Positions 39,889-49,962 of a stretch of 64,000 nt of DNA are shown piece by piece. Each line of letters opens with the position of its first letter. Position 1 is the stretch's first letter. The notes below the pieces were generated by a model that worked only from the letters and a program-made list of their open reading frames with translations, made no database searches and was not told where the DNA came from. The position numbers and the translations under genes are program-made. This DNA comes from Candidatus Poribacteria bacterium (GTDB taxonomy: Bacteria; Poribacteria; WGA-4E; WGA-3G), in NCBI GenBank assembly GCA_965242965.1, contig OZ251518.1, forward strand, positions 1,664,001 to 1,728,000. The letters run 5' to 3'.

Positions 39889-40443
39889 TTAACGAACTTC
39901 TGATGAATCGGTTCTGAGTTTATCCTTAAAATCCTTTGTGAACTTCCGCATTTTCGGATGAATCACAAACTGGCAATACGGCTGATAGGGATTGTTCAGG
40001 AAATAGTTGTGGTGGTAATCCTCCGCCGGATAGAAGGTTGCCGCCGCCGTTATCTCGGTGACGATGGGCGCGTCCCAGGTATCGGAGTTATCCATTTCGC
40101 TCTTGGACTGCTCGGCGATGTGCCGTTGTGCCTCATCGTGGTAGAAAATCGCTGAGCGATACTGCGTCCCGTGGTCTGCCCCTTGCTGGTTTAATGTCGT
40201 CGGATCATGTGTGTGCCAGAAAACGTCTAGCAATTCCGCGAAGGTGATAACACTCGGGCCGAAGCGGATCTGGACGACTTCCGCATGTCCTGTCATCCCC
40301 GTGCAAATCTCTTGATAAGTCGGGTTGTCGGTGGTGCCGCCGGTGTAGCCGGAGACAACTTCGTGAACGCCTTCTAGTTGCTGAAAAACTGCCTCAACGC
40401 ACCAAAAACAGCCTGCGCCAAAGGTTGCGGTTGCTAATTGCAT
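39889..40443 (-). CDS. msrA: Peptide-methionine (S)-S-oxide reductase
   Basis: GCFWC, GHAEVV, QYRSAIF, AEDYH. Confidence 0.96.
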   Translation of the reverse strand: MQLATATFGAGCFWCVEAVFQQLEGVHEVVSGYTGGTTDNPTYQEICTGMTGHAEVVQIRFGPSVITFAELLDVFWHTHDPTTLNQQGADHGTQYRSAIFYHDEAQRHIAEQSKSEMDNSDTWDAPIVTEITAAATFYPAEDYHHNYFLNNPYQPYCQFVIHPKMRKFTKDFKDKLRTDSSEVR

Positions 40444-40588
40444 TTTTCTTTTTGCGGTTATCGCACGGTGGCGAATGCCGCGCCTCCTTGAATTTGGTTT
40501 GCAAAAATCAGGAAACTCTGGTATGCTATTTCAAAATGATAACATGTCCAATAAAACAATGTCAAATAAAATTGAAAATCAAAACCGT

Positions 40589-41063
40589 GTAGGAGAGACC
40601 TCCTGGTCTCGATTTCCCGGTAGGAGAGACCTCCTGGTCTTGATGCAATTTGTCCCTTGTCCCTCGCTACGGTGAAAAAACGATCCCCTCTCCGTAGGGC
40701 GAGGGCCTGTCCCTCGCCGTGCCCAGACCTTGGAAAAAACCGTAGTTCGGGTGCGCCTGCACTCGAACGGGTCAAGAGCGGGCGCTCTTGCCCTACAGAG
40801 TGGGGTGCCCCGTCTTACCGTAGGGCTTGGGCCCTCGCATGCCACACGCGCATGCGAGAGGGTTCCCCTCGCCGTGCCCAGACTCCTTGAATTTGGTTTG
40901 CAAAAATCAGGAAATTCTGGTATACTAGGGGAAATCGAGACCAGGAGGTCTCTCCTACCGCACCCTCTTGGTAGGAGGGACAGCCTTGTCCCGATTACGG
41001 TATTGCATCGAGACCAGGAGGTCTCTCCTACCGGGAAATCGAGACCAGGAGGTCTCTCCTACT
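40589..41063. repeat. Intergenic REP-like cluster
   Basis: More than ten GTAG hairpins in both orientations. Confidence 0.88.
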
Positions 41064-41070
41064 GATTCTT

Positions 41071-41781
41071 ATGAAATACCGATTTTGGGTACCGAGGTTT
41101 CTCCTCCTATTTTTGCTTTTATGTGTGTCGGCGTGTCATTCGCCAACGCGCCAAGCGAAGATGCTTGTCGCGCAGCTAGGTGACACGAATGCGGAACGCC
41201 GTGCGCAAGCCGCCAAGGCACTCGTGACGATGGGCCCCGCCGCGATTGACGCGCTCGTCTGGGGAATCTCTCAGGAAAATCCGCCGCGGATTCGGGAGAA
41301 GGCGGTCTGGACGTTGAGCGATATTGCAACGCCTTCTGCTCGTGTCGTGCCTGCGCTAATCTCCGTGCTGTCCGATCCGGACGAGAACGTGCGCGTCGCC
41401 GGTTCGATCGCGCTACCGCAACTTGGAGAACCTGCCGTGCCGTTCCTGCTTGAGGCATTGGCTGCAGAATCAATAGAGACTCGGCTTCATGTGGCGTATG
41501 CCCTCGGCGAGATAGGCAAGCAGCTTGATGGCGAGTCGCCCCTACCCGACATTGTCAGTGCCCTGATTGATTCTCTCACCGATCCGGAGTGGAACGTCCG
41601 CAGGCTTGTGGTTCGCGCGCTTGCCACTATCGGCGCGCCAGCCGTTCCCGCGCTCACGGAGGCACTCAACGGAGTGGACAAGGAGCTTCGCGGGATGGCA
41701 GAACGCGCTTTGAACGACATCGGGACACCTGCAGCGCGCCAAGCAATTGAGGCGGCGAAGAAACGTTCCGCGGCAGAGTAA
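41071..41781 (+). CDS. HEAT-repeat lipoprotein
   Basis: Lipobox-like VSAC after a hydrophobic stretch; HEAT repeats (L.DPD.NVR, L.DPEWNVR). Confidence 0.85.
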   Translation: MKYRFWVPRFLLLFLLLCVSACHSPTRQAKMLVAQLGDTNAERRAQAAKALVTMGPAAIDALVWGISQENPPRIREKAVWTLSDIATPSARVVPALISVLSDPDENVRVAGSIALPQLGEPAVPFLLEALAAESIETRLHVAYALGEIGKQLDGESPLPDIVSALIDSLTDPEWNVRRLVVRALATIGAPAVPALTEALNGVDKELRGMAERALNDIGTPAARQAIEAAKKRSAAE

Positions 41782-41788
41782 CGCAGTG

Positions 41789-42724
41789 CTACAAAAACAT
41801 CGGCTTCGGGCTGTCTGGCTTCAGGCATTCATCCCAATAAGTGGCAGCATACTGCTGCACTGCCTCCGGCTGTTTGGCTTCAGCGAGATAAGCCGCGATC
41901 CAGTCCAGCAGGCGTTGGCGGAGCGGTAACAAGATTTCGCCATCCTCATAAGCCATCGCGATGAAATCTGCGTAGGTGTGCATGTTAATCTGAAAATCAA
42001 TTCGCCGATGGAGCGTCAGATTCACCATCAACCCGAGGGTGAGGTATTCAATCGGATTCGCGATGGAGCTCAGCGGCGGCGTGAGTTTCAAGATGTTATC
42101 CAACGGCAAAGCCTTGACATACCGCAGCCGATTCTCAATCCCGCTCAATTGCCTGTTGATGATTTCTGTGTCTGTCAGGCGAAAGAGCGGTTGCGCTGGA
42201 AACGCCTCACGTATCGTCACCTGCGAGGTGCGAATGGTGGTGTGATATATCGTGACAGCCTCCAAAAAATCTTGTTCGGCCGCGTTGTAAATCCGAATCT
42301 CTGAAGTGCCTGGCGGTTCACCCGGAATAGGGGGAAGAATCGTGCCTTTTTCCAAGAGTTTGTGTGCCCTGTCCAACAATTCGCGGGTCAGCGTGTTCCC
42401 AATCTGGAAAAATTTGACAGCGCGATTCCTGAGTATCAACCGCACTGCCTTGTCAAGATTCCCTTGGCTGCCGTATTCAAGTCCCAGGCTTGTGAGCGTG
42501 AACGCGTTTTGAACGTGTCTCCGGAGTTGCGATTCATCGGCAAGATCATTCGTCTTCATCAGGATGAGTTTGTGCGCAATCGCGGCGATGTTCTGGTAGA
42601 GCGCGTCCGCTTCCTCCGTAGAGAATTTTCCCTGCGCGTCGCCGTGTGCGAGTGCTTGCGCGAGGAACAGATGCTCGCTGAGCGTTGGCACGGCGACGAG
42701 TGCTGCCCTATTCGTCGTCATCAT
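41789..42724 (-). CDS. Hypothetical protein resembling the C-terminal part of DUF6178-family proteins
   Basis: SLGLEY...G....A...I......FFQIG.TL pattern; ATG at 42724 overlaps the upstream gene. Confidence 0.65.
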   Translation of the reverse strand: MMTTNRAALVAVPTLSEHLFLAQALAHGDAQGKFSTEEADALYQNIAAIAHKLILMKTNDLADESQLRRHVQNAFTLTSLGLEYGSQGNLDKAVRLILRNRAVKFFQIGNTLTRELLDRAHKLLEKGTILPPIPGEPPGTSEIRIYNAAEQDFLEAVTIYHTTIRTSQVTIREAFPAQPLFRLTDTEIINRQLSGIENRLRYVKALPLDNILKLTPPLSSIANPIEYLTLGLMVNLTLHRRIDFQINMHTYADFIAMAYEDGEILLPLRQRLLDWIAAYLAEAKQPEAVQQYAATYWDECLKPDSPKPMFL

Positions 42725-43529
42725 AATAGTAGTAGGAATCCTCCTCCTCGTCTTCCCGAAGGTCAAGGGCATCCAAATCTACCCCCTGGCTCAGGTCTGC
42801 CTCGGTGACATCGATGCCCGCTTCTCTGTCGCGTTCTACCACCCGTTCGTCTCTGGCTGCTTGGGCATCGGCTTCGGAGACGGCATGGAAATCCTCAATA
42901 TTGCCTTCTTCGCCAATGGCAGAGATTTCGCGAAGCAATTGCGCGAAGATATCGGCATCTGCCTCCCAGACGGCATCGACAACGGCGCGAGCGCGTTCAT
43001 CGGCATAGTTAATCGCGGGGGAACCCGGGTCTAAGAGTCCGGCTTCCAGGAACATCGCGCCGAAACCATCGCTTAAGCTGACTCTGTCATTGAGCAATTG
43101 CGCGATGAGCCGAACGTCTATCTCGGACAATAACCGCCCCAGGTCATCCCGTTCGCATTCGGAGAGTTCAAATAGCCAGAGTTCAAGTGAATTCTCGTCT
43201 AATTTTCCATCGCGCCAGATTGCCGTGTCCATGAGTCTCTCGAACTGTTCATTCGAGAGACAGGGTAGCAACCCGGCCGCGAGCCCCGTGCCGAGCATCG
43301 TGTCGAGGACCTGGAGCACCTCCTCTGCCGGGCTTTCTTGGATGAGTTCCGTGCAATCCGGCACGAGATAATAGAGTTGTTCCCGCTCCTTCGGGTCGCG
43401 AGTGGCGCGAATAATCTCAAGTTGCTGCTGTTTGCCGTAACTTTGGAACAGCTGTTCTGCTTCGCGCGTCGGCAATGTCAGCAGTTTGCCGCTTTCAACG
43501 TGCGGGACTATCGTCTTTGGATTATTCAT
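42708..43529 (-). CDS. Acidic hypothetical protein resembling the N-terminal part of DUF6178-family proteins
   Basis: S.EQF..L.D...W.DG.LD......WL pattern; GGAGG RBS. Confidence 0.7.
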   Translation of the reverse strand: MNNPKTIVPHVESGKLLTLPTREAEQLFQSYGKQQQLEIIRATRDPKEREQLYYLVPDCTELIQESPAEEVLQVLDTMLGTGLAAGLLPCLSNEQFERLMDTAIWRDGKLDENSLELWLFELSECERDDLGRLLSEIDVRLIAQLLNDRVSLSDGFGAMFLEAGLLDPGSPAINYADERARAVVDAVWEADADIFAQLLREISAIGEEGNIEDFHAVSEADAQAARDERVVERDREAGIDVTEADLSQGVDLDALDLREDEEEDSYYYYDDDE

Positions 43530-43618
43530 GAGCAAACCCCTCCATTAGTTAATTGGTGTGGTCCCCTTGATTTTTCGGGCGGCAACCATAGACAGCCGCC
43601 CTGACACATCCGTGGAAT

Positions 43619-44383
43619 TTAGAAACTCGTCCTGACGAAGTTGAGGTTTTTCTCCGCCGACGCAACCGGTGCATCTTTCCCTGGTGTTTCAAGCACGAAC
43701 CAACTGTCATAACCGATGGCATGCACCGCATCAAAAACAGCGGGGAAATCGACATCGCCTTCGCCTGCGTGGTTGCCGCCGGTGTCTTTAATGTGCATCT
43801 GCGTAATCGCGCTCCCCAACTCTCGGATTTCGGCGGGGGCATCGTAGCCGAATCCGGTCGCGTTGCCCATGTCGTAATAGACACCGACAGCCGAGGAGCC
43901 AACGCCATCAATAATCTGGAGGTGCTGCTCGGCACTCAGCGTGGATTCAAGCGCGAGCGATACGCCCTGTTTTTCGGCGGTTTCCGCGGCGGCTTTCAAA
44001 CCGTCAAGGAAGCGCGGGGCAGCGATGTGCTCCGCCTGAATCTGGCCGTTTCCAAAAAAGGGCACAAGGATAACCTTCGCGCCCAATTGCGGGCAAGTTT
44101 CTGCCAGATATTGCAGTTTCGCAATCCCTTCGCTCCGCGTGCTATCGGTGGGATGCATGAACGAATAGGCGGTGAATCCACCCGGCGACAGCGACGATAC
44201 CTCAATGCCAGCGGCATCGGCAAGGCTGTTCACTTTATCAATGCCGTCCGCTTGCCAGAGGGGGTGTTCGCGGTAGTTGACTCCCATGCACAACTCAATG
44301 CCGTCAAATCCGATGTCTTTCGCTTTCTGAAACGAGTCTTCAAAGGCAACGGGCAACATCCCGTCTCGAATACCGACTTTCAT
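43619..44383 (-). CDS. Sugar phosphate isomerase/epimerase (xylose isomerase-like TIM barrel)
   Basis: GFDGIEL, LALE, YYDMGN, HIKD, VLE. Confidence 0.9.
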   Translation of the reverse strand: MKVGIRDGMLPVAFEDSFQKAKDIGFDGIELCMGVNYREHPLWQADGIDKVNSLADAAGIEVSSLSPGGFTAYSFMHPTDSTRSEGIAKLQYLAETCPQLGAKVILVPFFGNGQIQAEHIAAPRFLDGLKAAAETAEKQGVSLALESTLSAEQHLQIIDGVGSSAVGVYYDMGNATGFGYDAPAEIRELGSAITQMHIKDTGGNHAGEGDVDFPAVFDAVHAIGYDSWFVLETPGKDAPVASAEKNLNFVRTSF

Positions 44384-44481
44384 ATCTTTCTCCTTTGCAA
44401 ACATTTCTGTTAACATTGCATTATACCACAAATTTAAGGCGATTGCAAATTTTGACAGACTCCCCGCTCAATGTCTTCCCT

Positions 44482-44724
44482 GTAGGAGGGACATCCTTGT
44501 CCCGATTACGGTATTGCATCGAGACCGGGAGGTCTCCCCTACGCGTCTGGGTAGGAGGGACATCCTTGTCCCGATTACGGTATTGCATCGAGACCGGGAG
44601 GTCTCCCCTACGCGTCTGGGTAGGAGGGACATCCTTGTCCCGATTTGGCTATTGCATCGAGACCGGGAGGTCTCTCCTACGGTGGCATCGCTTGTATTGA
44701 GACACCGATTTATGAAACACCCTC
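44482..44724. repeat. Three tandem 69-bp REP doublets followed by a lone right TIR
   Basis: GTAGGAGGGACATCCTTGTCCCGAT...ATCGAGACCGGGAGGTCTC.CCTAC at 44482, 44551, 44620; TATGAAACACCCTC at 44711-44724. Confidence 0.88.
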
Positions 44725-44856
44725 AGGGTAATCTTAAGGATACCACACCTTGTCTCGAAATGCAAATCTTTTTTCGAGCTCGGCGCAGTGCATAGAACAG
44801 CACATCTTCGCGCAAAGGCTCGCCTACCGGGGCGAACGGCATCGCGCTGATCTGAC

Positions 44857-45570
44857 TTATGCGCGTCCGTAAACCGGGATAGCGGCACCATTAATCACCG
44901 CCGCATCGTCAGAGGTAAGAAAACATATCACCTTAGCGATGTCAGCAGGAGATACCCAGCGTTTGTAATCTTCGTCCGGCATCGATTCGCGGTTCGCTGG
45001 CGTATCGATAACGCTCGGCATGATGGCGTTGACGTTCACACCGGCATCCATCACTTCGGCGGCGAGCGATTCAGTCAGCGTTCGGACACCGCCTTTAGAG
45101 ACGCAATAGGCACTCATCCCCGCCTCGCCTTTTAAACCTGCACGTGCGGAGACGTTGACAATTTTGCCAGAACCGCGCGCCGTCATCTCCGGAAGTGCCG
45201 CCTTGCAACAGAGGAAAACGGATTTGAGGTTGAGATTCATCATGAAATCCCATCTGTCCGCTTCAAGTTCTGTCGCCGGAATGCCGCCGACGAAACCGCC
45301 GACGATGTTTACCAGAATGTCCAGCTCCCCGACGCTAGCGTGGAAATCTTGGATGCATTTCTGCACTTCGGATTCTTCGGTGACATTTGCGAACAAGAAG
45401 GGAACCTTGTCGCTGATGTCGGGATTGAACTGCTTGAAGCGTTCCACCTCGTTTTCAAAGAGGTATGTGACAGCGACGTTGTCGCCTTGCGCGATGTAGG
45501 CTTTCGTGACAGCACTGCCTAAGATGCCGGTGCCGCCAGTGATTAGAATGTTGCGAGTTTGTGTAGGCAT
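44857..45570 (-). CDS. SDR family oxidoreductase
   Basis: TGGTGILG, YCVSK, NAIMPS.IDT. Confidence 0.93.
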   Translation of the reverse strand: MPTQTRNILITGGTGILGSAVTKAYIAQGDNVAVTYLFENEVERFKQFNPDISDKVPFLFANVTEESEVQKCIQDFHASVGELDILVNIVGGFVGGIPATELEADRWDFMMNLNLKSVFLCCKAALPEMTARGSGKIVNVSARAGLKGEAGMSAYCVSKGGVRTLTESLAAEVMDAGVNVNAIMPSVIDTPANRESMPDEDYKRWVSPADIAKVICFLTSDDAAVINGAAIPVYGRA

Positions 45571-45652
45571 ATCTAAAATTCCTCCTTTTCAAAATGATAA
45601 CATATCCAATAAGACGATGTCAAATGCAATTGAAAATTGAAACCTGTCTGTT

Positions 45653-46098
45653 CCCGCGCTACGATAAAAAACGGCCCGGGTTGCCGTAGGGCGAGGGCCT
45701 GTCCCTCGCCGTGCCTAGACCTTGGAAAAGACCGTCGTTCGGGAGCACCCGCTCCCGAACGGGTTGACGGTAAAAAAAACGGCCCGTATTCCCGTAGGGC
45801 GAGGGCCTGTCCCTCGCCATGCAACGATCGCGGGGGACAGGCCCCCGCGCTACGGGAAACAACGGCACTCGTTCTCTTCAGGTCCTTTAGGTCCTGAATG
45901 TCTATAGCACGTGCGGCTGCGAAGAACGCTAAGGTCCTTTAGGTCCTTAATAGCCTTTGAGATGCCGCGTGTTTTTTATTAAGGACCTAAAGGACCTTGC
46001 CGTGGGACCGGCACGTTTTTCTATAGACATGTAGGTCCTAAAGGACCTAAGAGGCCATCTTGCCGACAGGCATCGCGGGGGACAGGCCCCCGCGCTAC
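45653..46098. repeat. Intergenic REP-like cluster with GGACCT nested palindrome
   Basis: Same modules as 5977-6513 and 9646-10264. Confidence 0.88.
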
Positions 46099-46139
46099 GG
46101 TAAAAAAAAACGGCCTCCCTTCTCCAAAAAAAATAAAAT

Positions 46140-46168
46140 TTGACATTTTCCCACATTTATGATACAAT
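46140..46168 (+). promoter_or_regulatory. Putative sigma70 promoter
   Basis: TTGACA-17-TACAAT. Confidence 0.6.
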
Positions 46169-46278
46169 TAAAACATAATGCTGAATAGGCTGCGCGCGAC
46201 ACAACCGCAAACCCAAACCGCACGTTACCCAAAAACCGGGCATCGCGCAACGATAACGCATAGGAAACAACGACTCTG

Positions 46279-47769
46279 ATGATACGCAACATCCTCCGAA
46301 AATTCACCCGCGAAGACGGCATCTTCCTCGCATGCTTCATAGCCGTTATCGGCGGCATCATCCTCTTCAAAGCCTACAAACAGGCAGACGGATTTATCAC
46401 CGTTGCACATGACCATCCTGAACGGTTTGTCAACGGCGAAAATGTCCTCATCAAACGCGTCCACGAAGAACATTGGGACATATTCTATGACTTTGGCCCC
46501 TCCTGCCCTGCCAGCCTCAAAACCGAAGAAAACTACCGGGTCCTCCGCGAAAACCTTGAAAGGGGAATCAGGACTTGGCTAGCACCACTACGGGAAATCA
46601 CCGACAGACCTATCGTCGATAAATTTGTCTTCTACACGGAGAATGAGGAGAAGGAGGAGGGGAATGAGAATGTTAGACATGAGGTTCATGTATTGTTCAA
46701 GTGTGAAGGGGGGCGATCAGTCGCTAGTCGGGAAAGTAGATCAATAAGCATGAAAACAACTAATCTAGACATAGTGGAGGCACTATTTACACCCTCTCTT
46801 CGCTATAGAATAAGCACCCTTCTACACGAGTTGGGTCATGCCTTTGATCTGGCTGACACCTATGTTGGGAATCCAAGTGTTTCTCCTCCCAACACTGGAA
46901 GTTACAGCAGCACAATCGGTCGTCAACCTCGGTCGACTATGTCAAGTGGAGTGACGTGCGGAGATCAAGGTCCGGATCAGTGGACTCTTTGTCTTGATGA
47001 CATACGCGCAATCCAATGGCTCTACCGTTACCACTGGGAAGGACTCGACCCAACCAATTGCCCCCCTGAATTTGAATACGAGGAACTAACTTGGGAGGGG
47101 AAGACAGTTGGAGGATGTGTCCTTAAGCAACCGCTTATCGTAGAACTTCGGCAAGGACATCTATGGCGCGCGAAGCAGATACTCTTTAGCGACAAAAACC
47201 TCAAAATCAACGATCAGGATGAGCATGGGCTAACCGCACTTCACTATATTGCAAGGTTGTATCCTGAACTCCACTGGGCAGATATTCGGGGTGGTATTTT
47301 AAATCAAATCCTCAAACACCCCGGTATCGACATCAACGTTACCAACAAGTGGCGTAATACTCCATTGCATACGGCTGCGTGGGTAGGAAACGCGGGTATG
47401 GTTTCTGATTTTCTGTTTATTCATACCGAACTTGTCCGAGAAGGAATTATGCTTAATGCTCAAAACGATTATGGCATGACTGCGTTACACTACGCGGCTA
47501 AGTCTGGACGAAATGATTGTGCTATGATTCTGTTGATGCGCACAGACATCAAACCCAACATCAAGGATAACCGTGGCAACACCCCTCTCCACGAAGCCGC
47601 CAAGAACGGACGAACCGAGATAGTCACAATGTTGCTCGCGCATCAGGACATCAACCCCAATCTCCGCAATGCAGCCGGTTTCACACCGTTGCAGCTAGCC
47701 ATGCAGGGAGGCGCAGTATCAGACGCAGACAGTGATGCCAGTTTCCAAGCGGATTACCCAGAATTCTGA
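46279..47769 (+). CDS. Membrane-anchored zinc metalloprotease + ankyrin-repeat protein
   Basis: N-terminal TM; HELGHAFDL.D zincin motif; ankyrin repeats (GLTALH, NTPLH.AA, GMTALHYAA, GNTPLHEAA, GFTPL). Confidence 0.88.
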   Translation: MIRNILRKFTREDGIFLACFIAVIGGIILFKAYKQADGFITVAHDHPERFVNGENVLIKRVHEEHWDIFYDFGPSCPASLKTEENYRVLRENLERGIRTWLAPLREITDRPIVDKFVFYTENEEKEEGNENVRHEVHVLFKCEGGRSVASRESRSISMKTTNLDIVEALFTPSLRYRISTLLHELGHAFDLADTYVGNPSVSPPNTGSYSSTIGRQPRSTMSSGVTCGDQGPDQWTLCLDDIRAIQWLYRYHWEGLDPTNCPPEFEYEELTWEGKTVGGCVLKQPLIVELRQGHLWRAKQILFSDKNLKINDQDEHGLTALHYIARLYPELHWADIRGGILNQILKHPGIDINVTNKWRNTPLHTAAWVGNAGMVSDFLFIHTELVREGIMLNAQNDYGMTALHYAAKSGRNDCAMILLMRTDIKPNIKDNRGNTPLHEAAKNGRTEIVTMLLAHQDINPNLRNAAGFTPLQLAMQGGAVSDADSDASFQADYPEF

Positions 47770-48051
47770 TCTTCGTTATCGGAGGAAAATCGGCAGCACT
47801 TGAGTTCGCGTCTCTCCCCTGCAGCGTTGCAGCAGGCACACGTTGAGATCGCCGCATTGCTCCGCGCGCATCCCGGAATTATCCTCCCCGATGCCTCGGA
47901 TGTCAACGGTGATGGTGTCGTCAACATCTTGGATCTCGTGCGGGTCTCCAATGCATTCGGTCAGCGCGGACAGATACCAGAAGATGTCAACGGCGATGGT
48001 GTCGTGAACGTTCAGGATTTAGTGTGGGTATCCGGTGCGTTTGGGCAGTAG
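47770..48051 (+). pseudogene. In-frame continuation after TGA encoding a type I dockerin-like duplicated repeat
   Basis: DVNGDGVVNILDLVRV / DVNGDGVVNVQDLVWV; same frame as the upstream gene, separated by a single TGA. Confidence 0.7.
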
Positions 48052-48385
48052 GGCCCAACGCTCGCGGGGCCCAGAGACCGTAGTTCGGGAGCGCCTGCTC
48101 CCGAACGGGTCAAGAGCAGGCGCTCTTGACCTACAGAGGGGGAGGCCCCGGGTTACCGTAGGGCGAGGGCCTGTCCCTCGCCATGCCCGGACCCTATAAA
48201 AGACCGTAGTTCGGGAGCACCCGCTCCCGAACGGGTCAAGATCAGGCGATCTTGACCTACAGAAGGGGGGCAACGCTCGCGGGGGACAGGCCCCCGCGCT
48301 ACGGTGTAAGCGGCATTTCTCGCAGCAATCGCGGGGGACAGGCCCCCGCGCTACGGGGCATCGAGACGCAGGAGGGCTCTCCTAC
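48048..48385. repeat. Intergenic REP-like cluster
   Basis: GTAGTTCGGGAGC..GCTCCCGAA doublets x2 and other hairpins. Confidence 0.88.
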
Positions 48386-48483
48386 CTGGCTCCGGAACAG
48401 AAATCAATTGTCCTTGCATAAAAACGCGAAAGATGGTAATCTATTTGTGTAGACGCAATTCCGCAGTCAATCAGGAGAAACAT

Positions 48484-49863
48484 GTGAAAATCACAATTAT
48501 CGGGACAGGCTACGTCGGTTTGACAACGGCGGTTGTCCTCGCCTACCTGAACCACCAGGTCGCGGCGGTTGATAAAGATACCCACAAACTTAAACTGTTA
48601 CACGAAGGGAAAAGCCCCATCCATGAGCCCGGCATCCAAAGGCTTCTTGACGAGGTAGGACAGACTATCCGTTTCACGCCGAGCGTCGCCGATGTTGTTC
48701 CGGCGGCGGAGCTCATCTTAATTGCTGTCGGAACACCGCCGAAAAAGAACGGGGAAGCAGATACGCGGCACGTCGAACAAGCGGCGAGAGAAGTCGCGCA
48801 GGTCTGCCATCCACATCGGCATTATACGCTTGTAGTCAAATCGACGGTGCCTATCGGCACGAATCGGCGCGTCGCTGAAGTTGTTGAGGAGGTGTTTGCT
48901 GCGCGCGGGATTCAGGGAAACGTTGCTGTCGCGTCGAACCCGGAGTTTTTGCAGGAAGGTTTGGCGTTGCAAGGCGCGTTCTACCCAGACCGGATTGTCG
49001 TCGGCGCGCACTGCGATGATGCTATTGATGCGTTACGTCGCCTCTATCAGCCGGTGCTTGAACAGACGTTCGACCCGCCGAGCATGTTCCCGCGCCCCGA
49101 GGCATATCATCTTCCGCCGATGATGACGACAGACCCGAGCAGCGCGGAGATGCTCAAATACGCCGCGAACACGTTCCTCGCGCTGAAGATCAGTTTTATC
49201 AACGAAATCGCTGGACTTTGCGAGAAGGTCGGCGCAGATGTGACAGAAGTCGCACGCGGTATAGGACTTGACGCGCGCATCGGGCATCGGTTCCTGCAGG
49301 CGGGCCTCGGTTGGGGCGGCAGTTGCTACCCGAAGGATACGGCGGCGTTGTTAGGTGTCGCGGCACAATCAGCCTATGAAATGCCGATTACGGAAGCCGC
49401 CCGCGCCGTGAATTTTCGGCAACGCGAAGTCATCGTTGAAAAGTTGCGCGATGCGTTTAAAACGTTCGGTGGCGAGGGGAACGCGATGCAGGGGAAAACC
49501 GTTGGGATTCTTGGGCTCGCCTTTAAGCCGAACACCGATGACGTTCGTTCGGCACCGGCGTTAGATATTATCCGCTGTCTCGTTGCGGAGGGAGTAAGCG
49601 TTCGCGCGCACGATCCGATTGCGATGCAGAATGCAGAGAGTGCTCTGGAGGGAACGACGGTGGATTTTCAGGAAGATGTGTATCGTCTCGCCTCTGGGGC
49701 AGATGCGCTGGTGCTGGTCACCGAATGGGATGCTTACCACCGGCTGGAGTTGCGCAGGCTGGCGAAGCAGATGCGGACTCCGATTTTGATTGATGGCCGC
49801 AATGTGTATTCGCCGCAAGAGGCGCGCGATGCAGGATTTCATTATGTCGGCGTGGGCCGGTAG
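48484..49863 (+). CDS. ugd: UDP-glucose 6-dehydrogenase
   Basis: GTGYVGL, AVGTP, KSTVP, SNPEFL, KYAAN, GGSCYPKD; GTG start after AGGAG. Confidence 0.92.
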   Translation: MKITIIGTGYVGLTTAVVLAYLNHQVAAVDKDTHKLKLLHEGKSPIHEPGIQRLLDEVGQTIRFTPSVADVVPAAELILIAVGTPPKKNGEADTRHVEQAAREVAQVCHPHRHYTLVVKSTVPIGTNRRVAEVVEEVFAARGIQGNVAVASNPEFLQEGLALQGAFYPDRIVVGAHCDDAIDALRRLYQPVLEQTFDPPSMFPRPEAYHLPPMMTTDPSSAEMLKYAANTFLALKISFINEIAGLCEKVGADVTEVARGIGLDARIGHRFLQAGLGWGGSCYPKDTAALLGVAAQSAYEMPITEAARAVNFRQREVIVEKLRDAFKTFGGEGNAMQGKTVGILGLAFKPNTDDVRSAPALDIIRCLVAEGVSVRAHDPIAMQNAESALEGTTVDFQEDVYRLASGADALVLVTEWDAYHRLELRRLAKQMRTPILIDGRNVYSPQEARDAGFHYVGVGR

Positions 49864-49962
49864 ATGGGACATCCTTGTCCCGATGTGGATAGGCCATTGA
49901 GATCGGGAGAGATAGAAAATTGAGACCAGGAGGTCTCTCCTACCGGGCCCGAACAGTTAACA

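Noticed and set aside
41069-41080. TTATGAAATACC at the HEAT lipoprotein start as a MITE right end supplying the ATG
   Set aside because: Only a partial match to the TIR, with no left end or TSD; may be chance.
44482-44680. Regularly spaced repeats resembling a CRISPR array (also 56160-56450 and 60180-60700)
   Set aside because: The spacers are identical or are repeats themselves, orientations alternate, and no cas genes or leader are present.
47767-47769. Selenocysteine or genetic-code reassignment of TGA
   Set aside because: TGA is an ordinary stop in many genes here, and the position is a linker rather than a redox site; a nonsense change or error is simpler.
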